Source: a virus. Taken from it: 64,000 bases of DNA. The stretch lies in the IMG/VR virus record IMGVR_UViG_3300025015_000010, positions 1 to 64,000 of that record; one strand, written 5' to 3'. The stretch's first letter is position 1. Every line of letters starts with the position of its first letter. The position numbers and the translations under genes were made by a program. The notes under the pieces are model-generated. The model did not search any database and was not told the origin of the DNA. It was given only the letters and a program-made list of their open reading frames with translations. Shown in pieces: positions 29,521-38,664 of this stretch.

Positions 29521-30398
29521 TGATCGGGGATCTTAATTACATCAGCCCATATATGCTTGGAGTAGCCCAAGGTATGCGGTTTTTAGGCCATGAGCATTAT
29601 CAAGTGACCTTTCGCGAGTCTATTCAATCGATACATGACAAGGTAAATATGCTAGTTCCAGATATAATATGGACGCATATGTTATTGTGGCCATCAGAGC
29701 CAGGTATAAAGCAAGGGTTAATTGATCTGTGTACTAAGTGGAAGAAGCGGGGAACCAGGGTTATATTGCACGATGGCGATGCCAAAATAGCCTGTAGGCA
29801 TCCGCAAGATATATCGGATTTTGTAGATATTGCTTTATGTAATCATGTATGTGACAGGAGCGCTTGGAAGGTTGATTGTTTAAATTGGCCCTATTTTGCT
29901 TTTAATCAGAATAGCATAGCAGATAAGATTAGTAAGTATGAGTGTGATCTTGCATTTGCGGGTACTTTAGCTTCTGATGGGGTATATAACGAACGGACCG
30001 ATTTGGTGAATAGCTTGATTGCTAGCGGCATTAAGTTTAAAGTTTTTGGCCGAGAGAACAATACATTGACAGATACACCCGCGTTAGCAGCATCGGCAAC
30101 GTCCGTGCTAGGTTTTGGTCGGAGAGAAATACCGGGATGGACAGACGTCAGAGTATTTCAATATCCGGGTGCTGGGGGAGTTTTGATTCATGATCACGCT
30201 GAGCACTGGCTCACTCCACACGAGCACTATATACCATACACAAAGGGGAATATCGATTCGATAAAGTTGGCAGTAGAGGAATCGAAAAAGTATGGTAGTT
30301 TTATTAGAAAATCTGCCTTCGAGTTTGTACAAAAAAACCACTCGTCTACAGTAAGATGTTTAGAAGTGTTAACTAGGTTAGGATTAATTCATGATTGA
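29517..30398 (+). CDS. Glycosyltransferase (CgeB-like)
   Basis: DLAFAG, RVFQ..GAGG, EHYIPY, H....R. Confidence 0.75.
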   Translation: MMIGDLNYISPYMLGVAQGMRFLGHEHYQVTFRESIQSIHDKVNMLVPDIIWTHMLLWPSEPGIKQGLIDLCTKWKKRGTRVILHDGDAKIACRHPQDISDFVDIALCNHVCDRSAWKVDCLNWPYFAFNQNSIADKISKYECDLAFAGTLASDGVYNERTDLVNSLIASGIKFKVFGRENNTLTDTPALAASATSVLGFGRREIPGWTDVRVFQYPGAGGVLIHDHAEHWLTPHEHYIPYTKGNIDSIKLAVEESKKYGSFIRKSAFEFVQKNHSSTVRCLEVLTRLGLIHD

Positions 30399-31098
30399 CC
30401 TAAATGATGACAAAACAAAAAATCTATTATATCAGTTTTTAAGTAGGCAAGACAAGTTGGGGCCTACACCGAGGTCTCCATGGTTATCCGAGATTTTTGC
30501 CCTTTATTGGATGTTTAACCGGTTCGACGCAGATGAGTGGATAGAGAGCGGTTCTTACCATGGCGAGACGGCTATTAAACTTCGTTTACTGTCTGACAAG
30601 CCGGTGACCACGATAGAGTATAATCCTGATTTTGCCGAGGTGGCAAAAGGCAAACTGAAAGACATAGATGGTATCAAGTTATTAGTTGGGGATAGCAATG
30701 TGTTAATTCACTCTTTGATTGGTGATAAAAATTACGGCGTGTTTATTGACGGGCCTAAGGGGATGGACGCGGCCTTACTGTCCATAGCATTAATAGGTTG
30801 CAGTAAGGTATCTTTTGTCGCTGTGCATGACATGTATAAATCATCCCCAGGGCTTGCCGTTCCAGGGAGAGCTGCAATTCAGGAATTCTGTACATTTACC
30901 GAAGGTTTATCATTTTGGGCCACGGATGATCCACTGTACGCTCCAACGTGTAAATTATTGGATAGTAATCCTCAGATGTATCATCCAGAAGATGGGCGAG
31001 GTGGCTGGCAGCCATTTCAAAAAATAATGGGTGATAGAACTGTTATGAGGATGAATAGTTATGGCCCTACGGTTGCTTTTCTATTAAAAGACAGATGA
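30391..31098 (+). CDS. Class I SAM-dependent methyltransferase-like
   Basis: IESGSYHG, GDS, FIDGPK, VHD. Confidence 0.7.
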   Translation: MIDLNDDKTKNLLYQFLSRQDKLGPTPRSPWLSEIFALYWMFNRFDADEWIESGSYHGETAIKLRLLSDKPVTTIEYNPDFAEVAKGKLKDIDGIKLLVGDSNVLIHSLIGDKNYGVFIDGPKGMDAALLSIALIGCSKVSFVAVHDMYKSSPGLAVPGRAAIQEFCTFTEGLSFWATDDPLYAPTCKLLDSNPQMYHPEDGRGGWQPFQKIMGDRTVMRMNSYGPTVAFLLKDR

Positions 31099-31850
31099 AG
31101 GTAGTAACTTCTTTGTACGGAAATAGGGAGCCCGACTTTACTGAGGTTTTACTAGAGAGCCTCGCAGTCGTTGGATATAGAGATCCCATAGTAGTTATAG
31201 ACAAGATACGCGGCATTAAAACCGTATCCAGCAATCCCAGATATATTGTGGTAAATAGAGATTTTAATGGAGATAGGGTCAGATTGGTAGCCAGTAAGTT
31301 AATAGCATGGAATTGCGCATTGGATACGTTGACTAATGGAGATGAAGCCTTATTCTTGGATGATGATACGTTAGTGTTAAAGCCAGTAAGCGTTTTTAAC
31401 TGTGCCTTCGATGTCGGGTATACTGTAAGAACAGGGAGATGGCCCATCAATTCAGGTGTGGTGTTTTTGCGCGTTAATGAAAAGACAAGAAAATTTATGC
31501 GCGATTGGTTACATCTATGTCAGAATATTTTAAACGATGATGTAAAGATAAAGCTAGCAATTAGGACTGATGGGGCTCCTGACCAGGCAGCGCTTAGGCA
31601 TAATATTGATAACGCGGATCGAACACTTATATTTAATCCCCTTTCCTGCGATTTGTGGAACTGTGTTGACTGCCCTAAAGACGCGGTAAAACCCTTTATT
31701 ATGCATTTGAAGGGCTGTCTAGGCATACTTAAGGGTGAAAGACCATATGGGCCTGCATATGGAGATGAGCGAGAGCCAGTGACATGTGAGCCATTTTTTG
31801 ACATGTGGCGCAACTATAGAGACCTTATTTATGCTAGGAAACCTATATGA
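31095..31850 (+). CDS. Nucleotide-diphospho-sugar transferase
   Basis: FLDDDT, INSGVVF, DQAAL, HLKG. Confidence 0.75.
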   Translation: MKVVTSLYGNREPDFTEVLLESLAVVGYRDPIVVIDKIRGIKTVSSNPRYIVVNRDFNGDRVRLVASKLIAWNCALDTLTNGDEALFLDDDTLVLKPVSVFNCAFDVGYTVRTGRWPINSGVVFLRVNEKTRKFMRDWLHLCQNILNDDVKIKLAIRTDGAPDQAALRHNIDNADRTLIFNPLSCDLWNCVDCPKDAVKPFIMHLKGCLGILKGERPYGPAYGDEREPVTCEPFFDMWRNYRDLIYARKPI

Positions 31851-32965
31851 AAGTGGTTGACGAGCTAAATTTATTAGATATAGGTAGTGTTGTAGGTAAT
31901 CATTCTGCATGGTTGCCAAAGCTGAAAATAAAGGTGCCGTTTCAATATGGCGGACGCATAACTAAGTATAGGCGGGTAGAAACAACTTTTAGCCTAGAGA
32001 GCCTGGGGCACGAAGTGGCGATTCTATCTGAGCTAAGCAAACACGGTATGGCACCAAAGATAGGCGATTGGGTTTATTTTAAGTCAGTGATATCAGAACA
32101 TTCGGGGGCATGGCATATAGATCCATGTGGAGCATACGGTTATGAGATGGAAGACGCTAATAGTTTACCCAAGGGTAATTTTAGCATCGAATTTATGAAG
32201 ACTCTCCCAATAGTCGGTTCCAGTGGAGCATGGTCGGATATTATGGTCAATGGCCGAGAGAATGTAGTCAACGGCTATTTAGTAGACGTTAGGCGCTCAG
32301 CATTTGATATGTTTAGGTGGTCCGGTAAAATTCCGGAATTAGCTGTTTATGATGATCCAGTTATCAGAATAAAGGACGATGTATGTCTGTTGGGGGCTTT
32401 TCCTAAGGGAGAAAGATCCGAACCGTACCAAGATTATTACCTTGATGGCCTGTGGTACGAAGGGTCAAGGCGGGTAAAAGCCAGGGCCGATGCATTCGAA
32501 TTTTGCCCAAAATATGGTGAGTCTGTTCTTGAGATTGGGTGCCAAACAGGCGGTTTTGAGTCTTTTGCCTATCTTAGTGGGTCCAGGCGAATCGTCGGTG
32601 TGGATGTCGATAAAGACTATATTGATCTATGTCGTAGGCTAGCAAGAAAGAATAGGCATAATATGTGTTTTAGAAATATAGACGCATGCAGTGATGATTT
32701 TATGTCATGGGTTGAATGCTACTTCCCAAACGGTGTAGATCACTTACTGATATTATCTATGTACAAGCATGTTAAGCCTGAATGGTTCTATAGGTGGATG
32801 GATGAAATAAATGCTAGGAATGTATACATTGAAAGCAACGCATTGAAGCCTAATGAGCCTCCAGAATTTGATCAGCAAATTAAGCAGCGCGGTGGATTGA
32901 GGTTGTCAGATACTTCCGACAGGAATCCCAGAGCCGTGTACAGAATTGTGCGGGAAAAGTCATGA
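31847..32965 (+). CDS. Two-domain protein: kinase-like N-terminus plus SAM methyltransferase
   Basis: E...L..L...GMAP and NVVNGYLVD; VLEIGCQTG, GVDVD. Confidence 0.55.
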   Translation: MKVVDELNLLDIGSVVGNHSAWLPKLKIKVPFQYGGRITKYRRVETTFSLESLGHEVAILSELSKHGMAPKIGDWVYFKSVISEHSGAWHIDPCGAYGYEMEDANSLPKGNFSIEFMKTLPIVGSSGAWSDIMVNGRENVVNGYLVDVRRSAFDMFRWSGKIPELAVYDDPVIRIKDDVCLLGAFPKGERSEPYQDYYLDGLWYEGSRRVKARADAFEFCPKYGESVLEIGCQTGGFESFAYLSGSRRIVGVDVDKDYIDLCRRLARKNRHNMCFRNIDACSDDFMSWVECYFPNGVDHLLILSMYKHVKPEWFYRWMDEINARNVYIESNALKPNEPPEFDQQIKQRGGLRLSDTSDRNPRAVYRIVREKS

Positions 32966-33657
32966 AGACGGTAAATTATAATGGTACTTTAATTAATGTT
33001 AGTAGGAAAGATCACTACTATCATAGGTGGCCAGAAAGCCCTAAAGAGCCTTACACGTACAAAATATTTGATAAGTTTACTGATGATAAGACAGTATGTT
33101 TGGATATTGGAGCCTGTCGTGGTGTAACGACGCTGTATCTGGCTAAGAGGTGCAAAGTTGTCTATGCGATTGAACCAGATCCTGTCGCACTAGAGGATAT
33201 TAGTGCCAACATCGCAGTGAATGATATCACTAATGTTATTCTCATAGACAAGTGTCTTAGTGACGTGTCTGGTCCTAAGTTATTTGGCGGCAATGGTCCT
33301 CTTGGCAATAGTGAATCATCTGTGTTTGTTAATACTGGCACTAAATCGTTAGTAACTGTTGATGGTATTACGATAGATCAGTTACTAGTTATGCACCCTG
33401 GCATATTAGAATGCTCTTTTATTAAGATTGACATAGAGGGTTCAGAAAAAATAGTTATACCAGCTATGAAAAATTATCTGTCTGAGCATAGGCCTACCGT
33501 GTATATATCATTTCATACTAGGTATGGTATAATAACCAAGGAAGAAGAACGCGAAACCGCAGGAGTTCTTAAAAGTATATATCCGCACGTGTATGATATC
33601 GATTTGAATAGGTCAGACGGGAATTACATAGGCGAGTGCATGGTCTTCTGTGCATAA
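32962..33657 (+). CDS. FkbM-family methyltransferase
   Basis: LDIGA, IEPDP, IKIDIEGSE. Confidence 0.9.
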   Translation: MKTVNYNGTLINVSRKDHYYHRWPESPKEPYTYKIFDKFTDDKTVCLDIGACRGVTTLYLAKRCKVVYAIEPDPVALEDISANIAVNDITNVILIDKCLSDVSGPKLFGGNGPLGNSESSVFVNTGTKSLVTVDGITIDQLLVMHPGILECSFIKIDIEGSEKIVIPAMKNYLSEHRPTVYISFHTRYGIITKEEERETAGVLKSIYPHVYDIDLNRSDGNYIGECMVFCA

Positions 33658-33666
33658 AGGATTAGA

Positions 33667-34554
33667 TTGTCTAAACCTAAGATAGTTTTAGTGGCAGATG
33701 CGAGAGGATGGGCGTGGGAAAGAAAGTCCATGGCCATTAAAAAATACTTGTCCGATTTCTTTGATTTTGAAATTAGGTATGAACCGCAGATGCGTAATAC
33801 CGATTCTACAGCAGATTTGTATTTAACCTTTGATTTTCCTGGGTCTCAAAAAGTTCCAGCGGGATGTAAATACATAACAGGCATTACAGCCCATGTTGAC
33901 TGGAATGTTTGGGGTTTAAGTGAAGTGAGAAGATGGGCCTCGGGTGCTACCTGTTTACATGCCAACTCAAAACTGTTAGTTAACGAGGTAAAAGAACGTC
34001 TAGGCGTTGAGCCTTTTTATGTTCCTAATGGTGTTGATCATACAATTTTTTATCGTGACGCACCACGTGGCAAATTTACCGCTGGATACGTGGGCAAAGA
34101 TCAAGAACAAAAAGGAACCGACATCATAAAAAGAGCGTGTGAGTTGGCCGGGGTGCCGCTGAAATTTAATGCCAGTAGGTACTATAGTCAGGACGTTCTT
34201 TCTGCTAGCCTAATGCAAAAATGGTATCAAGACATCTGGGTTCAGATAACATGCTCAATAAAAGATGGTACACCTAATCAAGCGCTAGAGTCGGCGGCAT
34301 GCGAAAATATCAATATAGGAAACGCCATAGGTAATCTGCCTGAATTTATTAACACCGGAGTTAATGGTTTTTTGATAGAGCGTAATTGTGATGCAATTGT
34401 AGAAAAGCTTATATGGTGTAAGAATAATACTGGCAGCGTTATAGAGATGGGCAGAGAGTCTTTAAAAACAGTGTTGTCTGGATGGACTTGGGAAGTTATG
34501 GCCTTAAATTACAAGAATATGTTTATGCATGCCCTGGATAAGACTGATGCGTAG
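33667..34554 (+). CDS. Glycosyltransferase family 4
   Basis: VPNGVD, QKG, DGTPN.ALES, NGFLI. Confidence 0.85.
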   Translation: MSKPKIVLVADARGWAWERKSMAIKKYLSDFFDFEIRYEPQMRNTDSTADLYLTFDFPGSQKVPAGCKYITGITAHVDWNVWGLSEVRRWASGATCLHANSKLLVNEVKERLGVEPFYVPNGVDHTIFYRDAPRGKFTAGYVGKDQEQKGTDIIKRACELAGVPLKFNASRYYSQDVLSASLMQKWYQDIWVQITCSIKDGTPNQALESAACENINIGNAIGNLPEFINTGVNGFLIERNCDAIVEKLIWCKNNTGSVIEMGRESLKTVLSGWTWEVMALNYKNMFMHALDKTDA

Positions 34555-35530
34555 CGCATTGGTCACAGGTGCAGCCGGGTTTATAGGAAGTAATCTCTGT
34601 AGACATCTTTTAAGTTTAGGCTACCGAGTTACTGGAGTAGATTCATTTCATATATTTTATCCGAGGATACTGAAAGAGTTAAATCTGAATTACTTTAGGA
34701 AGCACTTTAATTTTACGTTTTTCGAGTGTGATATTCTAAATGTACGACAGCTTGATGTTGTTTTTAGTCAAAATCGCTTCGACGTTGTCGTACATTTAGC
34801 AGCTATTGCAGGAGTTGCACCAAGTATTGTAGACCCAGCCAGCTATTATCGTATAAATGTATTGGGGACATTGAATATTTTAGAACAGTGCAAAAAATTT
34901 GGAGTTAAGAAAGTAGTGATGGCCTCGTCGTCGTCTGTGTATGGCGATACCGACAAGTTACCACTTGCAGAAAATAACTTAGCGGGCAAGGCGTTATCAC
35001 CGTACGCCGCGTCAAAAAAAGCCATGGAGGAGTTAGCAGAGTCTTTTTCAGTCGCACACAAGATATCCATAGCGTGTATTAGATATTTTACAGTATATGG
35101 TCCAGCACAAAGGCCAGACATGGCCGTATCGTTGTTTACACGTAAGGTCTCAAGGGGGGATAAAATCGTATTGTATGGCTCGGATACTGCTAGAAATTAT
35201 ACGTATATTGATGACGTCGTTTTGGGCACGATCAAAATAGTTGAAGCCGATTTTTCCTTTGATATTGTTAATATTGGGGGTTCCGAGGTTGTTAGCTTGA
35301 CTAAACTTATCCGCGAGATATCAGACGCCCTGGGTCTTGAAGCACGGTATGAGATGCAAACTATGCCGCGCCAATATGATATGAAGGTTACGGATGCCAG
35401 TATTATACACGCACACGATAAATATGGGTATTCTCCTACAATATGTTTGCACGATGGCATAAAAAAGTATGTTAGTTGGTATTCTGGTCTGCGCAATGTA
35501 TATGACCAACTAGATAACGGTCAGTTGTGA
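34547..35530 (+). CDS. UDP-glucuronate 4-epimerase-like NAD-dependent epimerase
   Basis: TGAAGFIG, ASSSSVYG, PYAASKK, RYFTVYGP.QRPDMA. Confidence 0.9.
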   Translation: MRSALVTGAAGFIGSNLCRHLLSLGYRVTGVDSFHIFYPRILKELNLNYFRKHFNFTFFECDILNVRQLDVVFSQNRFDVVVHLAAIAGVAPSIVDPASYYRINVLGTLNILEQCKKFGVKKVVMASSSSVYGDTDKLPLAENNLAGKALSPYAASKKAMEELAESFSVAHKISIACIRYFTVYGPAQRPDMAVSLFTRKVSRGDKIVLYGSDTARNYTYIDDVVLGTIKIVEADFSFDIVNIGGSEVVSLTKLIREISDALGLEARYEMQTMPRQYDMKVTDASIIHAHDKYGYSPTICLHDGIKKYVSWYSGLRNVYDQLDNGQL

Positions 35531-36147
35531 CGGATAGAATTTCTGTTATAGTGCCATGTTACAACGATGCTCACAATCTCCCGTCACTAGTCAAATCAAT
35601 CCGTACGGCTTGTTCTTTTTCAGAAATAATCGTAGTAGATGACGGTAGTCAGTGCCCAGTAAAACAATCAACAGACTATAAACTTATTAGACAGAATAAT
35701 AAGGGGCTGGGACCGGCTAGAAATACAGGTGTAACCCATGCAACCAGTGATCTTGTGTTCTTCTGCGATTGTGATATTCAACTCGCCCCAGGGATTTTAG
35801 ACAAGTTAAAAAACAAGCTAGAAAGCACGCCAGGGGCGGTGTTGGCGTTCGGGGACTTTATCTGGGATCGAATAAAATATGCTCTTGGTCCTTATGATTA
35901 TGCTAGACTTAGAGTAGAGCCTTGCATATCTCCGATGTCTCTAGTTCGAAAATCATGTCTATTAGATTTCAGAAATATACCTTATGAGGACTGGGATCTT
36001 TGGTTACGAATGTTAAATCCAGAAAAATATCCAGGTCGAGTAGCAGTTTATTTACCTGAAATGGTGTTTGCCACGAGAGGTCGTAGGTTATCAAAAAATT
36101 TGCCCCAGGTACGAGGCACAACAGAAGGTGTGGTGATTAATAGCTAA
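35527..36147 (+). CDS. Glycosyltransferase family 2
   Basis: SVIVPCYN, VVDDGS, ARNTG, DCD, EDWDLWLR. Confidence 0.9.
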   Translation: MTDRISVIVPCYNDAHNLPSLVKSIRTACSFSEIIVVDDGSQCPVKQSTDYKLIRQNNKGLGPARNTGVTHATSDLVFFCDCDIQLAPGILDKLKNKLESTPGAVLAFGDFIWDRIKYALGPYDYARLRVEPCISPMSLVRKSCLLDFRNIPYEDWDLWLRMLNPEKYPGRVAVYLPEMVFATRGRRLSKNLPQVRGTTEGVVINS

Positions 36148-36348
36148 ATTGTTAACAGTTAAAGAATTAGACGCGCTACCCAGCGGTACGAGGTTGTTAA
36201 CCATTATGGGGAAGTCCCTAGTCAAAGGTGTAGATAGGCATGGAGCAAGGATACGCGGCATGGTGGTTTAACAGCCTACAGCATAGCACCAAAACCAAGG
36301 CGCAAAAGTCGTAAATCCAAACGTAAATCTAACAGAAAGGGAAAGTAA
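36140..36348 (+). pseudogene. Small phage gene remnant (ATA start, internal frameshift)
   Basis: IAKLLTVKELDALPSGT...KGVD continues in another frame as DTRHGGLTAYS...RKGK* ending next to the following start. Confidence 0.4.
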
Positions 36349-36660
36349 ATGCCACAAGAACAAGCACAAATCTGCCCGCTAACCTTTGCTCAGATTCCAA
36401 TCCCTCGTCAAACAGGTTCAGCAATCTTAACGGGCACTCCAGATTCTGGCCGTCAAGGAATGACTTTGGAAATTAACCAGGTAGCTAGGCCGTGTGTAGG
36501 GCCAGCATGCTTGTTTTATTTGGGCAACACACGTCCAGATCATCCATGCAGTTTTATTGCCCAGCAGGCCGATGCAGAGCAGTTGTTGGTTGAGCAAAAG
36601 AAAACCAACGATCTGCTAGCTAATTTGGTTAAGCATCTAGAGGATAAGTCTAATGGCTAA
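36349..36660 (+). CDS. Hypothetical Cys-containing protein
   Basis: CP...C...C...C pattern. Confidence 0.6.
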   Translation: MPQEQAQICPLTFAQIPIPRQTGSAILTGTPDSGRQGMTLEINQVARPCVGPACLFYLGNTRPDHPCSFIAQQADAEQLLVEQKKTNDLLANLVKHLEDKSNG

Positions 36661-36793
36661 ACCATTACCTAAGAAGCGCGAAAAAGTTGGCCTTGGAGAT
36701 CTTGTTAAAAAGATGCTCAAGAAGGTAGGTATCGAGAAAGATTGCGAGCCATGTGAAAAGCGCCGCAAAGCCCTAAATAAGATCAAGTTTTAG
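36653..36793 (+). CDS. 46-aa basic protein (GLGD..CEPC.KR..LN), missing from the ORF track
   Basis: SD gagg; overlaps both neighbours; MAKPLPKKREKVGLGDLVKKMLKKVGIEKDCEPCEKRRKALNKIKF. Confidence 0.65.
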   Translation: MAKPLPKKREKVGLGDLVKKMLKKVGIEKDCEPCEKRRKALNKIKF

Positions 36794-37287
36794 TGCGTAC
36801 CTTAAGCTATGCCGAACCAGCTAAGATATATGATTTAGCCGGTTACATCGGCCGCGCTAGTATTTTTGATGCCATTTGGAAAGACTGGCATGATGCCAGA
36901 GAAAAGAAGCGCGGTAAAAATCGAACAATTGCAGCGTGGTTAACAGGCACTGATCCTAAAAACGGGTTTGAGACCGAAGGCGAACCTAGAGAATGGGATT
37001 TTGATTTTAGTCGTAAGCCAGGCACGTTTCTTAATGTTGTAGTAGGCACTTCGGAAGATAAGCCAGTAGATTATATCCAGTGGGTAATTGCACCAGATAG
37101 AACGATACGGAATAAATATGATTGGGACACGTCCGGTTTAAAATCGTCCTGTGGCAATGACCGTTGCTACGAAAGTCGTGGTGACCCACCCTATTTTGCG
37201 TCATTTCCTGCATTATGGACAGTAGCCTCATTAGATTTATCAGAAGCCGTATTGGGGCTTCAAGCATTTCTTAGGCAGAAGCCTTAG
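36793..37287 (+). CDS. Hypothetical protein
   Basis: TAGTG-coupled ORF. Confidence 0.6.
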   Translation: MRTLSYAEPAKIYDLAGYIGRASIFDAIWKDWHDAREKKRGKNRTIAAWLTGTDPKNGFETEGEPREWDFDFSRKPGTFLNVVVGTSEDKPVDYIQWVIAPDRTIRNKYDWDTSGLKSSCGNDRCYESRGDPPYFASFPALWTVASLDLSEAVLGLQAFLRQKP

Positions 37288-37973
37288 TGCCAATTAAACG
37301 CCGTGGCTCACCTTTATATGAAGCCAGGTCGCGCTTGCATGACGTTACTGTTGTGCAGACAGATCATGGTATAGCTTTGTTGGTGGATGGTGTGCTTCGT
37401 GCAATTGAAAGTGACGAAAAGAAGTTTTTTGCACACTTAGTTTTACCCGCGATGGTCCAAGCCGGTAAACTGGAGCGAGTGCTAGTACTTGGTGGCGGCG
37501 ATGGATTGGCCACACGGGACGCGCTCAAATTTAGTCCAGACTCAGTGACCGTGATCGATCCAGACTGTGTTATTTTTGGTGTTGCCCAAAAAGCACCGTT
37601 TACTACTTTGAACAACTCAAGTCTGACCGATGCCAAGGTAACTAAGCAGTGTGCTATGTTGGATAGCTATCTGAAGGGTGTGTCAAAACCTTTCGATGTA
37701 GTGATTGTCCATCTTCCAGACCCGACTACGGATGTTATAGCTAAGCTGTATAACAATGATCTAGCCAGATTGCTGCGCAAGGCAGTAGTTAAGGGCGGAA
37801 CTTTGTCGTTTGTGGGCACAATGAAGACCGGCCGCGTAGAGCCAGTGATTGCTAGTCTTGAAAAGCTGTTTAAGTACAAGCAGCTAGTAACCAAAGAAAT
37901 TCCGCTTTATGGTGAGCGTAAGTTCTTATTAGTCAGCGATTTAGAATTAGTACCAAGAAGAAATCCGATTTAG
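37287..37973 (+). CDS. Spermidine synthase-like protein (divergent active site)
   Basis: VLVLGGGDGL..R..LK, FDVVIVHLPDP. Confidence 0.75.
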   Translation: MPIKRRGSPLYEARSRLHDVTVVQTDHGIALLVDGVLRAIESDEKKFFAHLVLPAMVQAGKLERVLVLGGGDGLATRDALKFSPDSVTVIDPDCVIFGVAQKAPFTTLNNSSLTDAKVTKQCAMLDSYLKGVSKPFDVVIVHLPDPTTDVIAKLYNNDLARLLRKAVVKGGTLSFVGTMKTGRVEPVIASLEKLFKYKQLVTKEIPLYGERKFLLVSDLELVPRRNPI

Positions 37974-37977
37974 TAGC

Positions 37978-38006
37978 TTGACTTTGTGTTCGCTGTAGTG
38001 TAGACT
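37978..38006 (+). promoter_or_regulatory. sigma70-type promoter, leaderless transcript
   Basis: TTGACT-17-TAGACT; ATG 7 nt after the -10. Confidence 0.7.
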
Positions 38007-38012
38007 TAAGTA

Positions 38013-38507
38013 ATGCGATCAGTTCAAGCTATTCAGGATATGATTTCTCGTGGCATTATTTTAGACGCTGCCATGGGTGGTGCGACGGCAGTAATTTACT
38101 ATACAGAACCATTTTCTACCGAAGATATAGATTTCTTTGTGCTTATTCCAGAAGGTGGTTCGTTATTTTTGCCACTAGATGGAATATATAGGTACGCCGA
38201 GCAGCACGGTTTTAAGCTAAGTGAAGAACATATTTTGATCGGCGAAGATAAAGTTCAATTTTTGCCAGTGTTTAACAAGTTAACTGAAGATGCTGTAGCA
38301 GATGCTTCGCAGTACGATATTGATGGCTCGCAAGTTAAGATATTATCTCCTGAGTATCTTATTGCCATTATGCTGCATACAGGTAGACATAAGGATTTTC
38401 TAAAGCTAAGATTGTTGTTAGATCAAACGAAGGTCAATAAGCAGAAACTAAAGTCCGTTTTGCGTAAGCACAAACTCGAAGAAGCCTGGAAAAAGTTCAA
38501 TGCGTGA
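38013..38507 (+). CDS. Minimal nucleotidyltransferase (AbiEii/DUF6036-like)
   Basis: GGATAV..Y...F.TEDIDF, GR.KD. Confidence 0.75.
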   Translation: MRSVQAIQDMISRGIILDAAMGGATAVIYYTEPFSTEDIDFFVLIPEGGSLFLPLDGIYRYAEQHGFKLSEEHILIGEDKVQFLPVFNKLTEDAVADASQYDIDGSQVKILSPEYLIAIMLHTGRHKDFLKLRLLLDQTKVNKQKLKSVLRKHKLEEAWKKFNA

Positions 38508-38664
38508 TTACTCTCGGATCGAGCATTATGTAAAAACGGTGCTGTTTCCTGCAAAAGAGAAGTCCCGGCAGGAGGCCGCTAAGTTGCCGTTCGCAGAGAA
38601 GATGCGGCGCGTTAGGCATATGCAAAGTAGGATAGTTTCGATCAAGAATGCAAAGAAGGTTTAA
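38500..38664 (+). CDS. 54-aa basic partner of the nucleotidyltransferase, missing from the ORF track
   Basis: MRDYSRIEHYVKTVLFPAKEKSRQEAAKLPFAEKMRRVRHMQSR...; overlaps both neighbours. Confidence 0.65.
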   Translation: MRDYSRIEHYVKTVLFPAKEKSRQEAAKLPFAEKMRRVRHMQSRIVSIKNAKKV

